NCBI RefSeq assembly: GCF_000142905.1
Contig: NW_013657628.1
Span: 179,614-243,613 of the forward strand
Length of the DNA: 64,000 nucleotides
Source of the DNA: Thecamonas trahens ATCC 50062
Taxonomy: Eukaryota; Protista; Apusomonadida
Reading direction: 5' to 3'
In this document: positions 21,997 through 32,501 of the stretch, in pieces
Numbering within the stretch: position 1 is the first letter of the stretch
Layout: each line of letters opens with the position of its first letter
Translations under genes and position numbers: made by a program
Notes under the pieces: generated by a model
Database searches by the model: none
What the model saw: only the letters and a program-made list of their open reading frames with translations
Told to the model about the DNA's origin: nothing

Positions 21997-23604
21997 ATGG
22001 CGGTGGGTGGGTGGTTGGCCGTCGGCTGGGGCCACCCGTCTCGGCCATTCGTCAGTGACCACGATGAACTCGAGCCAGGCGCCGGGGCCAAGGCCAAGTA
22101 CGGCGACCTTGTTGTGCTCTTTGGCGGACGGCGCATGCTGTATCCCATCATCCTCTCCCAGGGAGAGACAGTACACGTCAAGGCCGGGCTGTTCCACCAT
22201 GACGATGTCGTGGCCAAACCCTTTGGCACCATTGTACGCAGTGGGTGGCACTCGAGCCGGAGCGGGAGAGGGGAGGATGGATGGGGAGGAAGGGGCAGGG
22301 GGCAGGGGGCAGGGGCAGGGGCAAAAGGATGCGTTTTAATAAAGGCTAACTGGGCTTTGGTATCGGTAAAAGAAAAAGCCGACGGGACAAACATAAAGAC
22401 TCTCGANNNNNNNNNNNNNNNNNNNNNNNNNNNNNNNNNNNNNNNNNNNNNNNNNNNNNNNNNNNNNNNNNNNNNNNNNNNNNNNNNNNNNNNNNNNNNN
22501 NNNNNNCCCACCTCACCCCCTCCTCCCCCTCCTCCCCCTCCACCCTTCCCTCCCTCCTCCCTCCCTCCACCCTCCTCCCCCTCCCCTCCACCCCCTCCAC
22601 CCCCTCCTCCCCCCTCCCCCTCCCCCTCCCTCCACCCCCCTCACCCCCCTCACCCCCCTCACCCCTTCCCCTCCGCATAGATCCGCTCGCGCAAGGCCCG
22701 GGAAAACTACCTGCATCTGCTGCGGCCGACGCCCGAGCTGTGGACTCTCTCGCTGCCGCACCGGACTCAGATCTTGTACACGCCCGACATCTCGCTGGTC
22801 ACCTCCAAGCTCCTCCTTGCTCCAGGCTCGGTAGTGGTCGAGTCGGGTACGGGATCGGGCTCGCTCTCGCACGCTCTCGCACGGACGGTCGCGCCGGGTG
22901 GGCATGTGTATACCTTTGAGTTTCACGCCGGCCGCGCCGCCACTGCCACTGCAGAGTTTGTCGCCCATAGCATCGCAGACGTGGTGACATGCACTCAGCG
23001 CGACGTGTGCGCCCACGGCTTTGGCCTCCCGGGCATCGGCCTCGAGCACAACTACGCCGACGCGCTGTTTCTCGATCTGCCGGCCCCGTGGTCCGCCGCC
23101 GCCGCCGCCTACAACGTCCTCAAGTGCGAGAGCATCATGTGCTCCTTCTCGCCCTGTATTGAGCAGGTCCAGCGCATGTGTGTCAGGCTCCGCGAGCTCG
23201 GCTTTGTCGATATCCACACCGTCGAGAACGTCCACATGCCGATGGAGGTCAAGGAGCGCCAGCTCTCGGTCCCGCCCTACCTTGCCCACGGCGCCAAGCG
23301 CGCCGGCGACGACGCCGGCTCTGACGACGAGGCCTCGTCCACCGCGCCCAAGCGGACAAAGAGCCTTGACGGCTCCGTCCGCCCCGCCTCGCACTGGGCC
23401 GCCCGCAACTTTGCCAAGATCGGCGGCCACTCGGGCTACCTCACCTTTGCCCGCAAGCCTGTCGACGCTGCACCCACTGTCCCGGCCGACTACACCGACC
23501 CGCCTCTGGCTGGCGCCCCGGCTGCTGCTACTACCACCACCACTGCTACCACTACCACTACTACCACTGCTGCGTCCTCTGCCCAGGCAACATCAGACCA
23601 ATAA
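21997..23604 (+). CDS. TRM61: tRNA (adenine-58-N1)-methyltransferase catalytic subunit; 2 exons (about 21997-22233, 22681-23604)
   Basis: Spliced product reads ...KPFGTI|IRSRK...LLRPTPELWTLSLPHRTQILY, then VESGTGSGSLS, FLDLPAPW, FSPCIEQV, GHSGYLTFA. Intron 22234-22680 GTACGC...ATAG spans an N gap. In-frame ATGs also at 21952 and 21961. Confidence 0.92.
22407..22506. other. Assembly gap (100 N) inside the TRM61 intron
   Basis: Run of N. Confidence 1.
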
Positions 23605-23726
23605 CATCGTCGCATCCATCGCACCTGCCTCTCCCGCGGCTCTACCTCGGCTGGCGTAGCTCAACCAATCTCTCGCCTCCCTCCCCACCCTCACGCACAC
23701 ACATGGATTCGATGCAGTCGAAGCTG

Positions 23727-24645
23727 TTAACGGTAGGACTTCTGGGCACGGGCGCGGGCCGACGGACCGCCGAACTTCTTCGGCTCGCAGCGGCGGGGGT
23801 CCGACACGATGAGCGACCGGTCGTAGTTGACGAGGATGTTCTTGATCTCCGACTTGGAGGCCTCATCGACGTACTTGGCGTAGTACGCAACAATGGCACG
23901 CGAGATGGCCTGGCGGATGGCGAAGATCTGCGCCACCGAACCACCACCCTTGGTGCGGACACGGATGTCGACGCCGGCGAACCGGGCCTTGCCCAGCAGG
24001 AGCACCGGCTCGTAGAGCTTGTAGCGGAGGATCTCCGGGGCCACGAGGTCAAGCGGGGCGCCGTTGACCTTGATGAGGCCCTTGCCGGCCTTGCAGTAAG
24101 CCACGGCGGTTGCGTTCTTCTGCATTTGTCCTCCCATGTTCCTCCCGTGAGTGCCTGCCACCTCCTCCTCCGGTTGCTGCTGCTGCCATGCCCGTCCCCC
24201 CCTGGCCCCCGGCTCCTCCGCCGCCGACACACACAAAATTGCCGGAAATCACTCGCCCCGTCGCCCTCCTCCTCCCGGCCCGCCTCGGCCCGGGTATCTG
24301 CGCCACTTGCCACGCTACCCGCCAAACACACTGCGCAAACATGCCACTAGCCGTGTGCGGCTGCGGGGGGCTGTGCGCTGCTCCATGCTCGCCCTGCTCG
24401 CCGCTCCATGCCGCCGCCAATGCCGTCGCTCCGGACGGGCGGCCATCGCGACGCAAGCACGGCGACGGAGCAGCTGGACGGCGGGGGGGGGCGCAGCGAG
24501 GAACAGGGAGCAGGCAGCAGGAGAGCAGGGGGCGAGGGGCGCACCATGGACTAGTACATGGGGTGGGAGGGGGGGTGGTAGCGCAGGGCGCTTTGCCCGT
24601 GGCGGTACGTACCTTGCGGCCGAAGACCTGCACAGACTGGACCAT
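23727..24645 (-). CDS. RPS16: 40S ribosomal protein S16 (uS9); 2 exons (24645-24613, 24119-23727), 141 aa
   Basis: [11 protein letters not shown]|[20 protein letters not shown]...[24 protein letters not shown]. Intron 24612-24120 GTACGT...ACTCAC...GCAG. Confidence 0.97.
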
Positions 24646-24850
24646 GTTGATTAATGCAGAGTGGTGTGAGTCCTTAACTCCCCAACACTTTGGCCACTCG
24701 CCCACCGTCTTCATTTTTCCCTGCCACCAACTGACCGACCGACTCTCCGACCGAGTCACGGCTCGGGCCGACCGAACTAGAGGGGGGAGGGGAGATGGAT
24801 CTTGCTGGATAGTGTTACTCGCGCGGGCGTGCGTGGGATGACGATAGGAG

Positions 24851-27800
24851 CTACACGCGGATGACCATGACCGAGATGTTGTCACCAGAGCCGAGCTGGT
24901 AGGCAAGATCACGGACGCGCGAGGCGGCGCGAGCGCACGGGTCCGGGCCGGGCGCGGCGAGCTCGGCGAGGATGGTGGTCATGGCCTGGCCGTCCGAGAG
25001 CACGTCCCACACGCCGTCGCACGCGAGGACGAGGACCGAGCCAGAGAGGCCGTCGAGCTCAAATGGGCCAGTGATGTCTGGGCAGAGCGAGACGTACGGC
25101 TTGACATAAAAGTCGCCGATGGCACGCGAGACGGCAACAATGTCGTTGACCCGGCACTCGTCGCCGACGTACCCGCCCTGCGAGCGAATGCGGGTGCGTT
25201 CGTCGGCCGACTCGGGCTTGTGGTCATGCGAGAGGCGCTTGATAAAACCAGACGAGGCCTCCAGATGCGTCCACGGATAGTCGGGCGGCGGCTGGTGCTT
25301 GTGGACCTGCGCCACTGGCCCGGTCGAGCCAAGGACCGCGCCCGACGGGAGGGCTGGGACCCAGAGAACCGCGCGCGAGTCACCGATGTTCGCAATGTAC
25401 AGCTTTTTGGCGACAGCAAGCGCCATGACGCCGGTCGAACCGACAAACTTAAGCCGCGGCATCTTGCGCAGCCGCGCCTTGATGGCCGACTTGAGTGACG
25501 ACTCGGTCTTACGGAGCGCGTCCGAGAGCAACGTGGCCACGGCTTCAAACTGCGCCGTGGCCGAGCCCTCGAGCAGCGCTGGGCGCCCGTCGTCGCGGCG
25601 CATGGCCGTCACAACGTCTGGCAGCGTGTCGGCCGCAAACTTGGAGCCAAACGAGCCGCCGTGCCCGTCAAAGACGCCAAACAGATCGACCGGCGAGCCG
25701 TCCGGCTCGGACCACAGCTGCCAACCCACGAGCAGAGCATCCTCCATCGACTCGCGGACGCCGACCATGTCGGCCGTGCCGAGCTCAAACCGCGCTGCAT
25801 GCTCGTTGAGCACCACCGGATCGAGGAGCTCGCCAACCAGGTTCTCCACACCCTGCATCGGCTTGGCCTCGGTCGGCGCGCCCGGGTTGTGCTTCCAGTG
25901 CACCACGCCGTCGGCGGCCGAGAGCAACGCGGACGGCATGGCGTCGGCGGTCAGTCTATTGTGCTCGAGGTCAAGGACCTCCAGCGGGGCCGTCAGTCGC
26001 GAGCCCATGAGCGCAGTAATCTCGTTCCGCGCCGCGTATACCGCTTCTAGCCCCGGATGCGTGAGGACCCACGAAGGGAGCGAGGTCAGCGCGTTGCCCG
26101 AGACAACCAACTCGCCGAGCGAGACAAGCTTGGAGAGGTTCGGCAACGCCACAAGCTCGTTGTCGCCGACATGGAGCTTCCATAGCGACGAGAGTGAGAG
26201 GACCTTGGACGGCAGGACCCGGATGGTGTTGCACGGGACTGAGAGCTCCTGCAGCCGCTTGCACGCAAAGAGCTCCACAGGCAGCTCCTCCAGCGCGTTC
26301 ATGCCGGCCGAAAAGACGCAGAGCGAGTTCTTGAGCTTGCCAATCGACGGAGGAATCGACACCAGCTGGTTGTCGGTCACGTCAAGCAGCAGCAGCCTCG
26401 GCAGCGAAAATAGGACCTCGGGAATGGCACGGAGCTTGTTGGAGACAAGCGAGATGGTGGTAAGCGACGGAAGGAGCCGCGACCGCTTGGCGTTCTTCAG
26501 CTGTGCCGGCGAAGGCGTGGCAAAGCCGGTCAGCTCGTTGCGGTCGGCGTTAAAGTCCTTGAGCGCGTCGAGGTCAAAGAGTGAGGCCGGGAGCTGCTGG
26601 ATCTTGTTGTCCGACACATTGAGCTTGAAGAGGACCGGGAGCTGCGAGAGCATGTCCGGCAGCTCGACAAGCGCGTTGTTGCGGAGGTCCAGCACACGCA
26701 GCGTCAGCAGCGACGCCATCGAGGCAGGCAGCCTGGTGAGCGCGTTGTGCGAGAGGTCCAGCAGCACCAGGTGTTCAAAGCCCGACGACCAAGGCACCTC
26801 GGACACGTCTGCAATCTCGTTCTTCGACGCCTGCAGCCGCGTCAGCGACCGCAGGCCCACCAGCGAGCTTGGCAGCGACCGCAGAAAGTTGCGCTCCAAA
26901 TCCAGAATCTCCAGCTTGTCCAGCGAGCTCATCGCCGCTGGCCACTCGGTCAATGCGTTACCCACGAGCTCAAGCGACGTGAGGTTGCTCAGCAAGCCCA
27001 GCTCCGTCGGCAGCTCTGTGAGGTCATTGTACGAGAGGTTGAGCGAGGTCAGCCGCAAGAGTGAGCCGATCGACGCCGGAAGCCGCGAGAGCTGGTTGCG
27101 ATCAAGCCGGAGCGAGCACACCGTCGCCTGTGCCTGCGTCGTGCCCAGCTCCGCCGGCACGCTCTCCAGCGCAAGCTTGGAGTAGTTGGCGTCCTTGGCC
27201 ACCTTGATCAGTGCCAGCGGTGTCGCGTCACCCACCTGCGGCGACTCGGCACGCGGCGTCTGACGGCCACTGCTCGCCTTGGAGCTCGCGGCGGCGGCAG
27301 CACCAGCGCCGCCAGCTGCTGCAGTCGTCGCTGCTGCTGCCGAGCTTGCCGACGCCGACGCCGCCGACGCCGCCGCCGACGACGACGACGAGGAGGAGAC
27401 TCGTGAGCTCGGTGCCGAGCCAGCTCGCGGCGTCCCGGGCCTCGATGACGCTTCCGCCGGGTCGGCAAGCAGCATTTCAAACGGCGGCAGCCGTGGCGAC
27501 GCCGAGCCAAGCATCTCAAGCAAAGCCAGAAGGTAGGCAGCAAGTGGCGAGGTAAAGGCAAAGACAAGATTCTTGCCGTGGGCCTGAGCCCAGGCCGAAG
27601 GTGGAGCGAGGACGGCGGCCGGCGATGAGACAGTCACCAGCAGCAGCGATGTCGGGTCCAGAAGCGGCCCGGGCTCGACCCGCATGTCAACATCGGGCGA
27701 GCGCATGTCCAGCATGTACTCGATGGGTGCGGCCGAGGCCTTGGGCGCTGGCACTTCGAGGAGGATGGTGTCGGCGTTGACACCGAGGCGGGCAACCGGG

Positions 27801-28711
27801 AGCTTGAAGCGTGACATCGACGAGCGCTTGCGCTTGGCAAGCGGGAGCGCTGCGTCGGGCGAGGAGGAGCAGAAGAACGCGTAGTTGAGATGGCGCGAGA
27901 CCGACTGCAGTGTGTGCAGGTAGAGGAGCTTGACCAGCAGCGGGTGGCGGAGGGCGTGCTTGCGGTGCTCGGCCAGAATCTTCTTCTCCCATGAGCCACG
28001 CTTGTAGCCCTTACCGGAAACAACCGCCGCCGGCACCATCGAGTCGACGCCTGCGCCAAAGAAGCCCGGCAAGTGGACGGCCGAGTTAAAGTCGCCGTAC
28101 GCCACGTGGGCGTGCATGCCAGCGAGAGCCACAGCCATGGACGACGGCACAGCCACCGCCGACGACAGCACCAGGGCCACAGCCTCACGATAGGCCGCGT
28201 CAACCACGCGCGCGTCCTGCGAGTGCCACAACTTGCCGGGTGCCAGCGGCGACCGCGACAGCCGCAGCACCGGCACCGAGAGCACCGGCACCGCCATGGC
28301 CGTCGCCGAGTCGCCGCTCCTGCTGCGCACCGCCGCCGCATCGGCCAGCATGGGCCACACCTCCAGAAGCTTGGCCAGCACAAGGTCTGCCGGCAGCGGA
28401 AGCGCCAGCCGCTCTCGCCCGAGCTCGCTGCCGTCGTCGTCCAGCGCCCAGAGGGTGAACGGCCCGTCGGCGACATGGCCTCCTGCGCCCGGAGCCTCGC
28501 CCGCCGCAGCCGCAGCCTCGCCCTCGGCATCTTCGCCAGCAGCGCTCGCATCCGTAACCGCCGCAGCCACCGGAAGGGCTATCTTCTCCGCCAGCGCCGC
28601 GAGCAGCGCTCCGACGGTAGTGGCGGGGCCGAGGGCGAGGCTCTTGGCTGTCCCGTCGACAAGGAGCACACGCACAAACCGCGGAACGCCACTCCCGTTG
28701 CCACCGTTCAT
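24851..28711 (-). CDS. FERM (talin-like) + LRR + PP2C phosphatase
   Basis: F1 FVRVLLVDGTAKSL..TTVG; F2 ALAGMHAHVAYGDFNSAVHLPGFF...WEKKILAEH; a long run of LxxLxLxxNxL repeats; intact PP2C motifs RESMED, DGHGG, ANIGDSR, DHKP, LACDGVWDV, GSGDNISV. Confidence 0.88.
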   Translation of the reverse strand: MNGGNGSGVPRFVRVLLVDGTAKSLALGPATTVGALLAALAEKIALPVAAAVTDASAAGEDAEGEAAAAAGEAPGAGGHVADGPFTLWALDDDGSELGRERLALPLPADLVLAKLLEVWPMLADAAAVRSRSGDSATAMAVPVLSVPVLRLSRSPLAPGKLWHSQDARVVDAAYREAVALVLSSAVAVPSSMAVALAGMHAHVAYGDFNSAVHLPGFFGAGVDSMVPAAVVSGKGYKRGSWEKKILAEHRKHALRHPLLVKLLYLHTLQSVSRHLNYAFFCSSSPDAALPLAKRKRSSMSRFKLPVARLGVNADTILLEVPAPKASAAPIEYMLDMRSPDVDMRVEPGPLLDPTSLLLVTVSSPAAVLAPPSAWAQAHGKNLVFAFTSPLAAYLLALLEMLGSASPRLPPFEMLLADPAEASSRPGTPRAGSAPSSRVSSSSSSSAAASAASASASSAAAATTAAAGGAGAAAAASSKASSGRQTPRAESPQVGDATPLALIKVAKDANYSKLALESVPAELGTTQAQATVCSLRLDRNQLSRLPASIGSLLRLTSLNLSYNDLTELPTELGLLSNLTSLELVGNALTEWPAAMSSLDKLEILDLERNFLRSLPSSLVGLRSLTRLQASKNEIADVSEVPWSSGFEHLVLLDLSHNALTRLPASMASLLTLRVLDLRNNALVELPDMLSQLPVLFKLNVSDNKIQQLPASLFDLDALKDFNADRNELTGFATPSPAQLKNAKRSRLLPSLTTISLVSNKLRAIPEVLFSLPRLLLLDVTDNQLVSIPPSIGKLKNSLCVFSAGMNALEELPVELFACKRLQELSVPCNTIRVLPSKVLSLSSLWKLHVGDNELVALPNLSKLVSLGELVVSGNALTSLPSWVLTHPGLEAVYAARNEITALMGSRLTAPLEVLDLEHNRLTADAMPSALLSAADGVVHWKHNPGAPTEAKPMQGVENLVGELLDPVVLNEHAARFELGTADMVGVRESMEDALLVGWQLWSEPDGSPVDLFGVFDGHGGSFGSKFAADTLPDVVTAMRRDDGRPALLEGSATAQFEAVATLLSDALRKTESSLKSAIKARLRKMPRLKFVGSTGVMALAVAKKLYIANIGDSRAVLWVPALPSGAVLGSTGPVAQVHKHQPPPDYPWTHLEASSGFIKRLSHDHKPESADERTRIRSQGGYVGDECRVNDIVAVSRAIGDFYVKPYVSLCPDITGPFELDGLSGSVLVLACDGVWDVLSDGQAMTTILAELAAPGPDPCARAASRVRDLAYQLGSGDNISVMVIRV

Positions 28712-28944
28712 GGTTGTGGGAGGTGGGGGTGGGGTGGACGGGGGGGGAGGGGGTGGGGGGGTGGGTCGGGTGTTGGTCGTTGCCAACGTCTCCGCGTCTC
28801 GTCTCGCCTGGCTGGTTGTTGGGTTGGTTGGCTGGTGGGTTGCCATTTTGGGCGTTTTGACTCGGTTGCGATTTTCCTGCTGCTGGCCACATCGGCCATC
28901 GGCCATCGGCCGTAGTGGGGAGGAGGGGGGGGGGGGGCGTGTAT

Positions 28945-31900
28945 TCATGTGTACTCGAGCGCGTCCGAGTCCGCGCCGTAGATGGGCTTGAGAAGCGATG
29001 AGAAGCGTGGGCCGTAGGTGGCGGCGGCGACTGTAAAGGCAGTGGAAAAGGAGGTGCGGGAGAGCGTGGCCGAGGCGGCGGATGCGGCTGCATCAGGGAG
29101 GGGGACAAGGGTGAGGACAGCAGCGCCGGAGCCGCGGGCACCCGAGAGGAGGTCAGAAATGGCAGCAATGAGCTCGAGATGGTGCGGGGAAGGCAGCGGC
29201 GAGGAAGAGGCGGCAGCCTTGTCGAGCAAACTCAGCCACTGGGCTGCGAGGGCGAGGCGGAGACGATCGTCGGCGGCGAGCGAGGCGACGGTGACGGCGG
29301 CGGCGGCGTGAAGGAGGACCAGGCCGCGCGAGGTTTCGCTCTCGGTGTGCTTGCCGAGGGCAAGCCGCGCGGCGTCGGCGACAAGGACCAATGTGCCGCG
29401 TAGGAAGAAGATGAGCTCGCGCCGGCGCGAGCCGTGGGCGCCGTGCGCATCGCGGGCGAGGCCGTGCGCGAACAGGCGGAGTGCGTTGACGGCGTCGCGC
29501 TTCGAAAGTGCAGTCAGCCCGGCAAGCAGCGTGGCCGAGGTGTTGCAAAAGCTGGCATAAGCGGTGCGGAGCTGGGTGACGACGGCAGGCTGGAACGAGG
29601 CAAGGTCGGCATCGTCGTGGCCGGCGGCGTGGAGGGCGCACGAGAGGGCGCTCAGCGTGTCAGCATCAGCGTTGAGAGCGGTGCCGGTGATGGCGTGGAC
29701 GACCTTGGCAGCGATGGCATGCTTGGCAATGTCGGGCATGCCTTCCAGGGCAAGGAAGAGCGGGAACGACTCCAGGCGCTCGTCCTGGATGGTCGAGTGC
29801 TGGGACATGCCCATAGCAAGATTCTCAAGCTCGGAGGCAAACGCAGCGACAAACGCGGTGGTCTTGCCTTCGTCGAGCTCTGGGGATGAGGCCGCCGAGC
29901 CGGGAGCGGTGACGGCAGCGGTGGCAGCCAAAGATGCGTCTGTGGTAGCCTGGGCGCGAGCGACAGCGGCGGCTTGGGCCTCGGCCAGAGTGGGCGGTCC
30001 ATAAGCAGGCGAGTCGGCGGCACCGTCAGCGTGCTCGGCATCCCACTTGGCCATCTCGGCGACGAGTTCGGCGTTGTCAGCCTCGACCAGGTCTTGCAGC
30101 TTGGGCGGAACGACCGAGGTAAAGTAGGCGTGGGAGACGGCCTTGGGTGAGGCAATGAGCCGCGAGATCTCATCGCCTACAAGCGGGCCTCCAGCGACGG
30201 GCGAAGCCGGAGTGGGTAGCGCGAGCGCGCCCGAGGCCGACGACGCAGTGGAGGCCATTGACGACGACGGGCCAGCCAGCGGCTTGCCCGGCAAGTTCTT
30301 GTCGCTAGAGGCGTCGACGTAGAAGAGGCAGTACGCGTTGGTGCCCGAAGTGTCACCAAACGAGTCGGCCCAGACCTTGTCCTCGTCCACGACGGTGACG
30401 GTGGCGTCGTTGAAGTTGTACCACTTGTCCTCGGTCGGCTCGTAGACGAACGACCAGTAGTGGCCCGACTGGGCGCCACCCGAGTGGACCAAGACTGAAT
30501 GCAGCCGGTAGGGATGGTCGGTCATGTGGGCGTAGACTTGCTCGATCTGATCTTCCAGGACCGAGATGGACTCTTCGAGCTTGGAGACGGCAGCAACTTC
30601 GGCGGTGAGAGCACGCTGGAAGAAGGCCTTCATGGCATCGAGCTCGGGCGCCGGCGGCGCACCGACCGGGCGCGGTGTGTCCGACGTCAGCTCGTCAAGG
30701 TACGACAGCGACCCGCGCAGCAGCTGCTGAACCGGCATCTTGGCGTCGCCGGCCGGAAAGCTAAGGTAGCTCTCGAGCTGGGCCTTGAGCGAGGTCCGCT
30801 GTGCCTTGAGCCCGTTGGCCTGCTCGCGGAGCTTGGATGCAGTGGCGGCGTTGGACGCGTGGTAGCGGTCCATATACAGGTACTTGGGGAACGTGACCTT
30901 GGAGTTGAGCTTGATTCGCTGGCCGACCGCGGCGTTGTAGACGACACGGCGGAGCTGGATTGCGACAACGGGCGGAAACTCTTCAAACATGGTTAGTTCT
31001 TCGGCATCAGTCGTGTGGCCGGCCGGCGAAATGTACCCGGAGATGGTCGACGGCGCAGTGTACTCGTCGAGGGCGTCGTAGATGTTGTCTGCGAGCGGGA
31101 CCATGATCTCTGCAAACGACTCGGTGCTGACCGACTCGAACGGGGTGCCGTCAGCCTCGTTCCCGCGGCGGACAGAGACGACCTTTCCCTGAAAGAGCGC
31201 ACGGATGACATTGGCACGTGACAGGAGCTGCTGCTGCTGCTCGGCGGGCGGCGAAGCAGCCTCTGTTGAAGCACCGGCGGTCCGAGCGGCAAAGTCAATG
31301 TCAAAGGCCTCCTCGAGCCGCTGCATGAACCGCATGTGGAACTCTTGTGCGTCCTGCTGGGCGCCCATGGAAATAGGCTTGCCGTCGGCGGCGAGCAGGG
31401 TGTTCATGACTTTGCGGACGTCAAGGGCCTTGCGCGTGGTGAGCGAGAGGAAGCCAAAGAGGCGCTGCATCTCCTGCACAAACCGCAGCGCGTTGGTGGC
31501 CGTGTCGTCGGAGAGCTCCATGGCGTCGAGAATGGCATAATCCTCAGGTGCCGGCTCGAACGAAAGAACGGCGTAGCGGAGGACCGGGAGGTGAAAGTAG
31601 GTCTGCATGAGCGAGTTGACGTAGCACGTGTTCCCGATGTTCTTGAGACCAACCGGCAGCGACGGGTCATCGCGGACGCGGTCGTGCGGATTGACAGCCT
31701 CCATGGCAATGGGATCATACCCGGGCTTGTCCGCCAGTGAGGCCTCGATGGCCCTCGACAGCGCCTCGTCCTCGGTAGTGACCTTGCTCCCGCCGGCGGC
31801 GTCCGAGGCGGCAGCGCCTGCCCCGCCGCCCTGGCTTTCCTTCAGCGACTCTGCGATGGCTTTGTTCAGCTGCTCCTCCTCGATGCTCGGCCTGTTGGCT

Positions 31901-32353
31901 GGGCCGGCGACGGTGGTGCCTGCGCCGGCCACGCTGCCAGCGCCTGTGCCTGCTCCACCCATGCCAGCCAGCGCGCCAGCCGCAGACGCCTCGCGGGCGT
32001 CAACGCCTGCCGAGGCGCCGCCCGGCGGTGCGCTACCATGGCCGCCGCCATTGCCCTCGACGGGCGAGGTGCGCCCGGCAACCGGCACCGCTACATCGTC
32101 CATGTGGGCAAAGTGCCACTCGATGGCCCGCTCCACATTGTTCCCGCCCTTCTGTCTTGTGGTCTGCGGCGTGAGTGCGACCTGCGACCTGTCGGAGGCG
32201 GGGAGGCGGGGAGGGGTGAAGGAAGGAAGGGGAGGGGGAGGGGGATGGCGCGGGGTCGGACGGACAGCGTACCTCGAGGGCAGTGACGGCCCGGGGTTGG
32301 GAGAGGCCCATCTCTATGAGGGTGCGGATGCCTTCCTCGTTGGCCTCGCTCAT
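28945..32353 (-). CDS. Ubiquitin-specific protease, USP25/28-like (UBA + 2 UIM + USP); 2 exons (32353-32273, 32151-28945)
   Basis: UBA LIEMGLS...ALE|KGGNNVERAIEW; UIMs EEEQLNKAIAESL and EDEALSRAIEASL; Cys box GLKNIGNTCYVNS, QQDAQEF; His box HSGGAQSGHYW, WYNFND. Intron 32272-32152 GTACGC...ACTCAC...ACAG. Confidence 0.9.
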
Positions 32354-32501
32354 CTGGTGCTTGGCTCGCCCGACAGGTGTGTCGCTTCTGGGCTTGGGCC
32401 AGTGGTTGCCGCGGCGGTCGCCGGCGGTTTGTGCCAGTGCCGGCGCCGTGCCGGTACAGGGGAGGAGGGGGGGGGGGGATAGGTGATTTGATGTCATTTG
32501 G

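Noticed and set aside
23648-23720. Vault-RNA/tRNA-like element: GGCTGGCGTAGCTCAAC, later GGATTCGATGC, with TCGGCTG/CAGTCGA pairing
   Set aside because: The A box lacks its GG, the B box is non-canonical, there is no oligo-T terminator, and it sits in the convergent 3' UTRs of TRM61 and RPS16.
24120-24612. Intronic snoRNA in RPS16
   Set aside because: No C box (RTGATGA)/D box (CTGA) pair or clear H/ACA layout on the sense strand.
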